In this document: piece after piece, positions 38,250-51,100 of the stretch | How the letters are laid out: each line of letters opens with the position of its first letter | Position numbering within the stretch: the first letter of the stretch is position 1 | Assembly: GCA_028534125.1 (NCBI GenBank) | Contig: CM052818.1 | Span: forward strand, 28,212,001 to 28,276,000 | DNA from: Lama glama | Lineage: Eukaryota | Reading direction: 5' to 3' | DNA length: 64,000 nucleotides | Translations under genes and position numbers: made by a program | Notes under the pieces: generated by a model | The model's input: only the letters and a program-made list of their open reading frames with translations | Databases searched by the model: none | Told to the model about the DNA's origin: nothing

Positions 38250-39250
38250 GACTTCTTGTCTATGGGTAGAGAATTTATAATAAAAGTATAACCTATAAAA
38301 GGAATCACAAGGTGAAGAAGAAACAGAACTATGTTAAAAATAACTCAAGTGAATTTCTAGAAGTGAAAATGTTCAGTGAAATTCAAAACACTGGTTTATA
38401 CACAGCTGAAAAGAAAATTAATGATATGGAAATAGATCTGAGGAAAGTATCCAGAATGCATTACAGAGACCCGTGGAAGTGAGAGTCAGAGACACGGAGA
38501 ATAGAATAAAACACTCTAAAAGACAACCAATAGGAGTTACAGGATGTAATAAAAATTCAAAAAGGTAAAGTGATAGATGATTTCAAACATGTACATTATT
38601 ACACTGGCAAAGCACACACCTGGAAACTTTTAGTGGAAGTACATGACACCGAAGACAAAGAATGATCTTAAAAGTGAACAGAGAAAAAACATTACCACAA
38701 TTAAGATGACAGTGGATTTCTTACTCACAAAGTATTGGGAAAAAAGAGTACAAAGTATTAAAAGAAAATTATTTTTACTCAAAAGTTCTACACACCTAAA
38801 ATTATCTCCTAGGAAAAAAGAGAAAAATGGAGACATTTTCAGAAAAATAAAGAAATACTAATGGATGCACTTTAGAAAGAAGGGTAATCATTCAGGATAA
38901 AGTGGGATAAAACAGTGGCAAGTAAATACATCCATGTGGCATAAATCTAAATTACCATTGACTTTTGATATAATAAAATGATGACTTAAGTGTAAGGATT
39001 GAGTAAATGAGGTAAAATGTATACACTATAAAAATAACTTGGAGGATGGAACTTGTTGGTGATCAATGTTTCATTATCCTTAGTTCTTTACATTTATTGA
39101 GGACCATTGAAATAAAAAGTAACTTTAAACCTCAAAAGTCAAGTATTACTATTAACACTGAAATAATTAAAATATATTGTATACATTATGAGCTGATAGA
39201 AAAAGAAAGGAAATGGGACAATGAATGAAAAGTATCTCAATAAATCCAAC
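38250..39250 (+). mobile_element. very old L1 5'/ORF1-region remnants
   Basis: ACACAGCTGAAAAGAAAATTAATGA...ATAGATCTGAGGAAA.TATCCAGAATGCA. Confidence 0.55.
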
Positions 39251-41229
39251 AGTTGTTCCTGCTCCTCCTGCCTCATCTTTTCTGAACTCCCACCTTTGAC
39301 TTGTCAGACATGTTAACCCATCTACTAGGCCACCGGCTGGAAAATTCTTTCAGGTAGAAAGCCACAAGATCTTAGCACTCCCCTCATGTTTTTCCTTTTC
39401 TCACTGAGTACTGTTCTTCCTATTGTCTCACATAAAAACAGGCTTTTCGCATACTTTGTCCAGTTTGTAAATTGATTCTGATGAGAGGGTTATTTTAGAA
39501 CCAATTACTTTATCATAGGAACATGCATTAAGTTCGATATACTTCATTTCATAAAACTGTCCATGAGATTTCAGTCCTTACTTCTAGATGAACATTTAAG
39601 CCACTTGCCTTGTCTCAGATAAGTCACAATGTGTCAAGAGGAAATTTATGGGAAATTTGTTCATGTCTTTTCTAAATCACCTTTCTTTTTATGTTTTCTC
39701 ACTTATTTTTAAATAATATCGTTATGTGTGTTACAGTATTCAGATTTAATTTAGGAAGAGGTAATTTAGAATTTATATGGTGACATAATTCTGTCACAGA
39801 ATCTAGATAATGCTTTGTTTAGTGTGCCTTTAATGGGAAAATGTATTTTACTGATTATCAAGGACAATTATGAACGTGAATTTTAACCGGTGAGCGGAAA
39901 GCAAAGCAAAGGAGAAGAATATAGCATGGCTTCAAATATCTCAGTAAATTCAAAATATGTTTTGGTATCTTTCATTTAAACTATGAAAACAACATATTAA
40001 AGGTTATAGCCAACATATTTACATGATTTCAAATTATTTTGTTATAGTCCCAAGACTAGCAAATACTATTAAAAGGGTACTTACACATTTTCTCACATAA
40101 GAATGTATTCCCATGTTCAGTACTGTGGACATGTAACTCCAATCAATTGTCTTCAAGTTTTTCTTAATTCCTTCTAGATAATTACTTCTGCAATATACAT
40201 GGAAAAAGGAGAAACTATTACAAGTTTTTTTGCATAAAAATGTATGTGTATTCATTTACATAAACTAGGTTAATATGGAAAGAAGCTTAAAAGGAATTAT
40301 ATCTATCCCCAAGTTACAGAAAATTATCTAAGGATTGGATTTTCAAGTTTAACTTGTATTTTATTGAGGAATGCCCTTTTAGTAAGATATATGAAGAAAG
40401 AGGGTTTTTTTTTTTTTGCTATTATATTATGGTACTAGAAAAAACATTTACTCTTGGCAGCAGTACTATTTTTTGTGATGAACTGGAGTCAGTAATCTGA
40501 ACAGGATGGCAATATGAGCTACAGTTGACCTGAGTCCCCAGATTATTGCTAAGTGGGATACATTGCTTATAGGCGCCTGAATCCTTGCATCTAGAAGAGT
40601 ATGATGAATCATCTGGACAAGTGCCTTGCTAAGCAAACTGATAAAAGGGAAAGGTTTAGATATTTTTGCAGCTGGGTAACCTGGTCTTAAATAATTACAG
40701 AGCTCAATATTCTCTTAAATATATATGATTACACACTTTCATTTGATATACAAAGCTGCTAAGGCTCAGAGAAATTAAAACAGCATTGTCAAGGTCAAAG
40801 TGCTATTACATAGTTAAGCTTAAACCTAAATACACCTCCAGATTTCTGGAAATTGTGTTTTAAAACAAAACTACACAATCACTATCACTAAAAGTTTTTG
40901 GCAGATATAAGTGGACCAAAGATGACTGTTATTCTTTTCCTCTTTGCATCCTTTTCTTTCTTATGAAAAGTTTTTGTCAGGAGAGTTATCTAGTATTTCA
41001 ATTTTGTATAGCAATTAACCTTGTTGAATTGTTTTTACATCAATTATTTCATTTGACATTTTTAAGAACTTTGAAGTAGGGGATAGATGGTTATCTTTAT
41101 TTTTCAAATAAGAAAACTAAAGCTTTGTCATGAATATTGGCTTTTTTCCATAACTGCCCTTAATTTACTTTAATAGTCCTACTCTTTTTAAGGAATATGT
41201 CTACTATTGTATATCTTGTTTCCTTGACT

Positions 41230-41620
41230 TGTATTAGAACTCAAATTACCAGGCTCCTTTGCTGCTAGGCCCTTCCAATCAGATGCACATGATGAGATGT
41301 CCTGTTTGACAATGCATGAGATGCGTAAGTAGAGACTGCATAAGGAAGGAGATTATGCAGAGCTTTCATTTCACTGGTGTTTGTGGAGACAGAGACATTT
41401 ATCTTTTCAGGGTAGCAAAAAGGAATGGTCAAGTTTCTGACTCAGGAAAGGAGGTGACCCTGGGGGAAGGAATTACCTCATTAGACCTTTCCTGCAGTTT
41501 AGCACTCTTTCTCCAACTGTCCCAGTAATTTGATAAGCTACCTAATAAACTTTAATAAATCTTTTTACAACTTAAACTAGTCAGACTGGCTTCAATTGTT
41601 TGCAACTAACAATACTAATA
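41230..41620 (+). mobile_element. ancient ERVL-type LTR (LTR16/LTR33-like)
   Basis: 3' end AATAAATC...CTTAAACTAGTCAGA.TGG.TTC..TTGTTTGCAACTAA. Confidence 0.6.
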
Positions 41621-43782
41621 GGATTTGACATTTGTCTGGTGACACCATGGCAGAATTGGAATGAAAGACAAAGGGACGGGAATGAGAATGCTTGTGAGAG
41701 TAAGAAAAGCAATATTTTGTTGTAGATTATGTGTCTAGCATTCAATCACTCATCCACTAAATCCATGTCTAATAATTCACAGCTATTTTTTATATTTTTA
41801 TTTTATGTATGAGGCTTTAAGGTAAACAATAATTTCATATTTTTAAGAGGTGAAATTTTGCATTATATTTTTTTCATATACCCTAAGAATTTAAAACAAT
41901 TATAGAAGATCATCTAGTTCAAAGGGGCCAGTTTTGAATACTGTTTGATAACTTTTGCAACTGCTTTTATACTTGTAAACATTTCTGGCTTTGAATTCCT
42001 ATCCAATCAAATTATTTTCAATTTGTACTCCCAGAATATATTTTGAGTGTTCACTCTCAGTAAGTCTCCAACAGCATTACAACTTAGTTTTTCAGAAAAA
42101 CTTTACTTGATAGGTGAAAACTGGGAACCTATTTTTCTATAATTTTTGACTAATTTTTATGTATATTTATTGCTCTGTCATACAATACTAAAAATTTCAA
42201 AGTAAGCAAAATGTCAAACAATAGGAAAATGATAAAAATATTAGCCAACCTCATACTGTAAATTATTACACAGCCATGGAATGCAATAATTTCAAAGCAT
42301 AAAGAATAGGGAAATGCTCACAATAATAAGCCTTTAGAAATAAATATGGATATTTTGCTTAACATGAAAATTGAAGATGTAGGATATAAAAATGCAATCC
42401 TAACTATTCTCTATCTTTACAACTATATTATCTATCCTCTCTATAATACTTATATTTATACTACCCATTTTGAAGTTTCTAAAATGTGTAATTATTAGAA
42501 CCTAAATACATTTCCATTTGTAATTTTATTAGGGTTGAAAGGAGCCTCATAAATGTCTGTACTATATTGCCTTCTGGTTTTGCCTGGAATTCTAATAAAT
42601 AACTTTGAATAATATGATTAACAAGAAGGGTCTTTTTCTTTTTTACCTTTAATGTTATGTTCTATGTGTAAATGACTTCACAGAGATTGCGTCTGGTGTG
42701 TGTTACGTGTCATTTCTCTGTAGGTTGTAGTCAGTATGGCTATGAAATACAATGGGGAAAAATGTATGTACAATATACTGAAGGGATCTTCTAATTCAAA
42801 CTCATCAGATATTTCCTATATAGAAGAAAGACCAATTTTCCCATATCTTTAATTGAAAATTGAAAATTAACGTGCGGTATTCTTCTAGACTGACCAGCAT
42901 CCTTAGGGTTTATATTTTAGAAAAATCACAGAATTTCAGGTTAAAGGAATCTGAAAGATTATCCTTATTAAAACACTGATTTTATAAATAAGGAAAAAGA
43001 GGCTTAGACTTTTGAATAAAAAGAATGTCGAATAGAATAGAAATAGTATTGTAGGACAGAAGTGCTTTAGGTTTAATAAATAGAAATAGAATATGCTAAT
43101 TAACTCAATGAATCTGGGGAAGAAGAGCACTCAGAAAAACGATATATTAAGAAAAATAAGATGGAAAAGCTTGTATATGTTAGCAATCTCCAAAATCAGA
43201 AAAGCCAAGAACACATTTAAAGTTCAAGGAAATGGAGCAGAGGGTAAGCTCAGACTGCAACACACAGGCACCTTTCCAGGTTGCCGTGGTTACAGGCCTT
43301 CCTTCTCTAGTTAGCTAAATATTTTTTTTTAAGTGCATGCAAATTGAGTAAACAGTCTTTAGCCACAGACAGTCTGGATAAAATTTTGGAATATATTTCT
43401 GCTGTCTACAAAGATGCTATCACATGAAGATGGAATAGTGTCTTTTGGTAAGAAAAGAGACTGTACGGATCCCGAGATTAAAAATCATTGAGTTCTGCTA
43501 AGCTTTGTAATTACCTATAACTTGTGCAGATAAACTCAATGATGTGACTACCTATTTCACCTCATGCCAATGAGATGTGGAAGGAATCCTGGGCTGGCAA
43601 AGGGAGTTTACTTTCTGGACATTTCTGAAGAAGTGATTTAGTTATCAGCAACTGTAGCTGCCTGATGCCCTCTTTGGTCTCCTGTAAACTTGCTTTTGTC
43701 AAGGAGGACAAACATTCTGAGGAAGAGTCACCTGAGAAGAATAAAGTTGTTTCTTTCCAGTAGTATAGCAATCTTTGAACAA

Positions 43783-44660
43783 ATTCATTCATAAAATACA
43801 CATGGAGCAAGTTCTAATTGGCAGCAACAATTCTGGCACTAGGGATGGGCAGTGAACAAATGGGGCAATATTGTCTGCCTTCATGAAACTTACATTCTAG
43901 TGACGGAAAGAGACAATAAACAAATAGGTTACACTGCACCCCCCCTTACATTAGCATGGTAGTATTAAGAAGATAGAAGAAATTGATCGAGAAAGGGGTT
44001 CAAAAATTGAGAAACTGCCATAGAAGTGTTAGAGAGGATAACAAGGAAAGCCTACCCGAGCAGGCAACATTTAAATAAAGATTTGAGGAAATTAGGCATC
44101 TTGATATTTGGAGTAAGGGATAGCCAGGAAAATGGAACAGATGGCATAAAAGCTCTAAGGTGGGATCAAGCCTGGTGTGTTTCAGAAACAGCAGGGAGGG
44201 TCAAGTAACTGGAACCGCACGAGTGAGAAGAGAGTGGTAGGAATTACAGAGGTAAAAGATGGAAGGAAGGTGGAATCCATATCCTGTTCCACATTTTATA
44301 GTCTCAGCTCTTTAACTGGCCAGAGGGAAGCCTTGGGGAGCTTTGAGATGAGAAGTGATGTGAGCTCTGCATGTTTAAATAGAACCTTTCAGGCTCCTGT
44401 GTTAGAAGAGACCATAAAGAGGACAAGGGCAGAAACAGGAAGAATAGTTCGGGAATCTTGGCAATAATTCAAGAATGGGACAATGTCTGACACCACTGGT
44501 AGCACTTGGGAGCAGATAAATGGGTGGATTTTGTTTATATTTTGAAAGTAATGCTTTTAAATTTTGCTGAAAGAATAGATTTGAAGTGTAGGAAAAAGAG
44601 AAACATCAATGGTAACTCCAAGGTTTCTGGCCTTAATAAGAATAGATATTTCATGAGTCT
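43783..44660 (-). mobile_element. L2 (L2a-like) 3' region
   Basis: ATTCATTCA...CAGTGAACAAA...CTGCCTTCATGAAACTTACATTCTAG...TAACTCCAAGGTTTCTGGCC. Confidence 0.85.
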
Positions 44661-46299
44661 CAGAAATTAATACAGTCTAGCCCGAATTTCTAAGTGAAGG
44701 TAATTATCATTTTGGACAGTAGAAATCCTTGTTCAAATTTTAGCATTTAGTCTAAAAATATTTATTGTCTACAATATGCCATCACTTTGCTAATTATTAA
44801 TCACAAGCAAGTAGTACAAGATGAGCTGTTAAGAAACTAAAGTTGATTTAAATTACAACCTCTGGGTAAACTGGAAAACCACATTCTTATAAAGACAAGC
44901 AATCCAAATACTTCTGATGCTTGGGCAGGTTAGAAATGTAGAAGTGAGTAGGGAGTATGTGCAAACCAACTGCTGCGTATATAGTTCTCTATGTATTCAT
45001 GGAATGGATTGGTGAAGGGAAAATGAAGACATTATTCTCTAATTTATATTAAATTCGATAGAGAAAAAGATGTGAGCTAAAGAAAAAAATAAAGATTACA
45101 AAGGTAATCAGAAAGAAACATTTGATGTAGATCTTAATTTTATGCATAAATATTGATTCTAGGAATAATATACATCGATTTTTTATAGATTTGGGTAAGT
45201 GTGATATTCCACAAATTGCAAACAACATTTTCTTTCAGTGAGAAGTTCTTTTGAGACTACATATAAAATCCCCCCTCCCCTTCTTTTCCTCATCATTATC
45301 ATTATCTAGCATTTTAGACCTCAGTACTCATGTCAGTATCATCAGCATCTATGTGCTGCATTTTTGCATCATTATCTACTTTTTGCATTATTTTAGTTAG
45401 AATGAATCTAGAATGACTTGGTTAAATTTGTGGATACTCTGAGCCAATATTAAAACCAAATTCATCACTTCAACTCTATTACTCTTAACAATTTGAAGCT
45501 GTGTAAGTTACAAAAGACAGTATAGATAAGCTTTTTTTTTTTTCCTAAGGGGCAACTTTGGCTTATCAGTTACTCAGAAGAAATACATCTCTGCAGGTTA
45601 GAATTGCTTCTATTAATTCTCAATTGAAATTGTATGCAGTACTCGACTAGGGACAGAAATTATTCTAGCATGAATATAAATTTAAAAAGGGAAGAGCACA
45701 TTGTTATAATTGCACATCTTACTGTTGAGGGCAAATATCTTTCCCAAATCAATTTTTAATGTTTTCTGTAATGAATATGAAATATTTTATATTCAAAAAT
45801 GTCAAACAAGTAATAAATGAATTCATTTTCAGAGTAAAAAATAACAATGTAACTGCACACAAATTAAAATGTGAAAGTCCAAACCGCTGGCACTCCCCAT
45901 CTCTGATGTAATTTTTATTGACAGTTTTGTTACACTACAATATGTATTACATTACAGTGTTATTTTCCACCTAGGCATGTTGTTATCATTGGATGTTTGC
46001 ACTTGAGGGTAGACAAACCTCAAATTTTACATGTTTATCTGGCATTCCATACCATAGATGAGGCTTAACTTACTTGTTTCTCTATTGTTGAACCTTAATC
46101 TATTAAGATTTAAAATCACACATATAAGTATACTCATTATAAATATTAAACTGAATATAAAGGTATAGATATAAACATTCTTTGTAGGTTTATGTGCATT
46201 TATTTCTTTGAGTACATTTCTAGACTGGCATTTTAAGTCAAAGGCCATGGGCAATTTGAATCTTAGAGATACCATCAGATTTGTCTTCAAAAATGACTT

Positions 46300-47770
46300 A
46301 TAATATCAAATCCAAAAAATGACATTAGTATAATCCACAGAGCTTATTTAGATTTCACCAATTTTTGATGCACTCTTTTATGTGTGTATATTTTGTGATT
46401 TGATCACATGTGGAGATTTATTTAGCACCATGATCAAGATACAGGAAAATTTCATCACTATGAGGTTCCCTCAGGCTTTCTCTTCACAGCCACACCTGTC
46501 CCTTCCCAATCTTTTGTAATTGTGTTTTTTAATTCAGCACAATTCCCTTGAGATTATTGTATTAATATATTTTTTTTCTTTTTATTGCTGAGAAGTATTC
46601 CATGATACAGATACACCAGTTTATTTTTTTTTTAACCATTCACACTTTAAAGATGCTTGGATTGTTTCCAGTTTGGGGCTATTACAAATAAAGCCAGTCA
46701 GAATGGCCATCATTCAAAAGTCCACAAATGACAATTGCTCGAGAGGCTGTGGAGAAAAGGGAACCCTCCTACACTGCTGTTGAGAATGCAGTTTGGTGCA
46801 GCCACTGTGGAAAACAGTATGGAGATTCCTCAAAAGACTAAGAATAGACTTACCATATGACCCAGGACTCCCGCTCACATATCCAGAAGGAATCCTACTT
46901 CAAAAAGACACCTGCACCCCAATGTTCATAGCAGCACTATTTACAATATCCAAGACATGGAAATAGCCTAAATGTCCATCAACAGATGATTGGATAAAGA
47001 AGTGGTATATTTATACAATGGAATACTATTCAGCCATGAAAACTGACAACATAATGCCATTTGCAGCAACATAGATGTTACTGGAGAATGCCATTCTAAG
47101 TGAAGTAAAACAGAAAGAGAAAGAAAAATACCATATGAGACCGCTCATATGTGGAATCTAAAATAAAGAAATACATATATACATACATACATACATACAT
47201 ACATACATACATACATACAAAACAGAAACATACTGATAGATATAGAATACAAACTTTTGATTGTCAAGATGGCAGAGGGTGGGAAGGGACAGACTGGGAT
47301 TTCAAAATGTAGTAAAACAAGATTATACTGTATAGCACATGGAAATATATACAAGATCTTTTGGTAGCTTACAGTGAAAAAAATGTGACAACAAATATAT
47401 GTATATTCATGTATAACTGAAAAATTGTGCTCTACACTGGAATTTGACACAACATTGTAAAATGGTTATTAACTCAATAAAAAATGTCAAAAAAAAAGAA
47501 AAGAAAAAAAAACAAAGCTGCTATAAATATTCATGTACAGGTTTTTGTGTAAACATAAGGTTTCATTTTCTGGGATAAATGCTTGAGTGCGATTCTTAGT
47601 GTATGTTTAGTTTTATCAGAAACTGCCAAACTGTTTTTCAGAGTAGTTATATCATTTTATATCCCAACTGACAAAGCATGAGAATAATCAGTTCTTCTGC
47701 ATCTTCACCAATATTTGGTATTATCACAATTTGTTTTTTATTTTAGCCATTTTGATAGATAATCTTTTAA
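46300..47770 (-). mobile_element. old L1 (host) split by the young L1 at 46696-47510
   Basis: TTGTTTCCAGTTTGGGGCTATTACAAATAAAGC continues after the insert as AAAGCTGCTATAAATATTCATGTACAGGTTTTTGTGT. Confidence 0.85.
46696..47510 (+). mobile_element. young 5'-truncated L1 containing (TACA)n at about 47175-47218
   Basis: ORF2 tail and 3'UTR near-identical to other young copies; TSD AAATAAAGC / AAACAAAGC. Confidence 0.95.
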
Positions 47771-47929
47771 AAATCTTTATAAAGCAGAATAAGTATATTT
47801 TGTTGTTGCATAAGTAGATAAGTTGGGTTTTACATATATTAAAAAGGAAAAAATGTGGACATGCCTGCTGGCTATTTGAATATATAATTCTAAAATAGTG
47901 AATAAAGGCAATGAAATTAAATGGTGGAG

Positions 47930-48130
47930 AAGTGCTGGATTTGATTAGAAAAGTCATAATTTCAGATTCATGCTCTGCTATTTACTGGTTGTGTAATCTC
48001 CGGCTTGTCCCTTTAGCTCTTTGATCCTCCTCTTTTTATATATGTTAGAAGATATAAAATGCCAATATCCAAAGTTTGTGTGAGAATTAAACAAAATAAG
48101 ATAATCAAGGTACTTATAAACACTAAAGGA
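47930..48130 (+). mobile_element. MIR SINE
   Basis: GCTCTGCTATTTACTGGTTGTGTAATCT...GTTTGTGTGAGAATTAAA. Confidence 0.6.
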
Positions 48131-51100
48131 CCACTATTATAAAATATTTGATCTGTGTAGATAACACTAAATATGGCTTCATAATTTTTGATAGGGAATA
48201 TGATATCATGATCCAATAGGAGTCCATAAAGCTAAGCTGGGTTGGATGTGTGTGACAACAGGAAACAGTTCAGGTACATATGAATACATGCGAAAATAAC
48301 TAAATATTCTTTACTTAGATATACTGTAGAAGAAACCAAGAAATCCTGTGATGATTCAGATCAAATTTATTCTTTTTTATAACTGTTAGATTTTAAATTA
48401 AATGGATTCAAAATCTAGAGGATTTTTAAATTATTTTGAATGTTTTATAGGTTTATAGGTGTATGCATGAGCCATGAGAAACAAAAGCGGACAGCACCAT
48501 TTTAGAGGCACATCATCGAACAAATAGATTTATCTGCTCATAGTGATATAAAAATAAAGGGGGAAAACCCTGTTTTCAGTTCCTACAAGCCCTGCATAGT
48601 ATATTGTTTCTTCAATTGTTAAAATGTCACTGAGAAAATTGCAAATGCTACTGAAAAAGCAACATCAGCTTATTTTAATTTGCTGAGCTAAGAGATTTTT
48701 ATAGCCAATTCAAGAAACAGGTGTTTTTGATAGCACTACTCTCTACAATAACTGTATGACCATTCCAAAATGAAATATTTTATTAATACTAAATAATTCC
48801 AATGATGATGATGTAATGGCCAATTAAAAGTAATTTGTTTTGCTTGTATTCCCATGGTAATATGTGTAACTTTAGCAATTCTTTTCATTGTAAAATGTTG
48901 ATGATTTCCATGTATTAATGCCTTCACACTGCCTTAGAATATGTAAAATGCAATAATACATAGAATGTTTCATCAATTTTATTCCATTAATTGTTTCCAT
49001 AAACTCTTATAAAGAGTGTTGTTGCAGAACCCTTCCTATTGAACCTATTTTATGCTAAGCGTATTATGGATAGTTATTGCTTATTCTTGTAATACCTCTG
49101 TCTAATTCAGTTTAAGATGTGTCACATTAGGACTTAGATGCTTTGGTGAGCCTAATAAAGAATAACTTTGGTGCAATAACCTCTAAGTGCAATATCTCAA
49201 ATTTCTTTCATTCATGCCTATCAATTACAATGAAACCTCTCTAGCATACATTTTATGAATAACTTCTTTTTTAGTATTTGCATTTACTAAGATAAACTGT
49301 GTATGAGAAACTATTGCTCAACTTTTCTTGTTATGATTACTCATTGAGCTTTTCCAACTCATAATTATTGAGGTGAAATAATTTCCATCTTTTATTGAGA
49401 TGGAGTAAGTTCCATCTTCTGCACTTTTCTCCACCTTTTTTTTTTTCTTTCTTGGCCTCCAATTCATGAAGAATGTAGTCAAAAATCTCTTTCTTACTCA
49501 TTACAGACCTGCACAATTTTATACCCAAATCTCTTAACAAAAAAGCCTAATTAAAAGGAGCATTTGCCTTCCTTTCTCAGGGTCTTCATACAGCTTATAC
49601 TTTAGTTGTATAACTCTGTTTTTTCTTACAAGAAAAAAGTTACTGGCTGCATTTTATTTTATTACAAGTATGTATGAGAATAAAATTAGCTAAATTCCTA
49701 CTGATAGATGTTTGGTAGTTGTAGATTTTCAAATATTTTTAAAATGCTAAAATCAGTTAAATTACAATGTTAAAATTAGCAGCACATGGTATTAAGTTGA
49801 TTTAGAACATCATGAATGGGCAATGATGACATGGGTTAGAATGTTGAGGGTACAAATATAAAACAAAGGCAAAATGGAGATAATTTCATGGGCCTCAGGT
49901 CAAGCGACTCAGAAAAGTCAAATGTTAATTGAAAGGAGAAATTGGTCTGGGATAAAGATCATGGGTGCATAACTGGAGGAAGGGAATTTAACATAAGAGC
50001 AAGTATATCCAAGCAGAAATGGCCCATATGCAACTACAGGTGTGGGACAGTATCTTGGCTGAGAGGACAGACTCTATTAGTTATTTCTAGATTCCTACTA
50101 ACTGAGCATCACCATAGTCAGATACTCATAATACACTATTACTGATGCCAGGGTATATATTATATGACCTCAGCCACTCATTGGTGCCCAGAGGGAACAT
50201 TTTGTGTAATATAAATTGTATAGTATTCATACACATGTAGGAAACAAATGCCAACAGATAATACCAAAAAATAGATATGTATCCTGTCTTAAAAGGTTTT
50301 GATAAATTTACATTTGCATTCTATCAATAAGTTGTTATCAGAATATAAGCAAATGAAACAAACCATCATGTAAAGATCTGAAGCAAGTGGATTTGAAATT
50401 ATCCAGATTCCTGATTCTGTGCCAAGGCTGTTATCCTCTCTTGAAGGCAGAGACTAAATACCTCTCAAGTCAAGAGAAGGTAGCTGTCCAAGCCACCGCA
50501 GCTTCCCCTGAAGCCTGCACTACAGTTCTGCTTCATGCCTCCTGCCACAAACATCACGGCCCAGAAACAGGGCGCGCTGAGATGGGGAAACAGCATGAGT
50601 CAGCAAGAAAACTAGGAAAAGCAGAGTGGCTAAATTTAACTGCTAAAAGGAGACCGGCTCCATTCGTCATATATTTAAGGGACATCTGGGAAGTGTGTGT
50701 TTAATCCCCAACTGTCAGCCTCTACGGTGTCTGTAAAGAGAAGGGCAAGATGGAAGACCTCAGAGCAAGCCTAGGTCTATGTGTTCTCCCTGCCATCAGG
50801 ATTCAGGCTCTGTCCCCACTGGGATATACAAGTTTAGAAGATGTTTGGGGGAATTAAATGAGAAACAGTCTAGCTCTGAGAAAACAGATGAAGGTGAAAG
50901 GACTGAAAAAGAAGTTACCAAGTTGCTTTCTAATTCTGCAGGTACAAACACTGAGAAATAACTTGAAGAACACATGTGAGCTGACATGACTCTCTGAGCC
51001 CCAACTCGGAGAAGTAAAGGGGGTGTTCTTTGGAGGGGCTTGCCTATCTGCATGGTACAAGGATAAGATGGTCGCAGCCTATTTCAAAGCCCTTTCTGAT

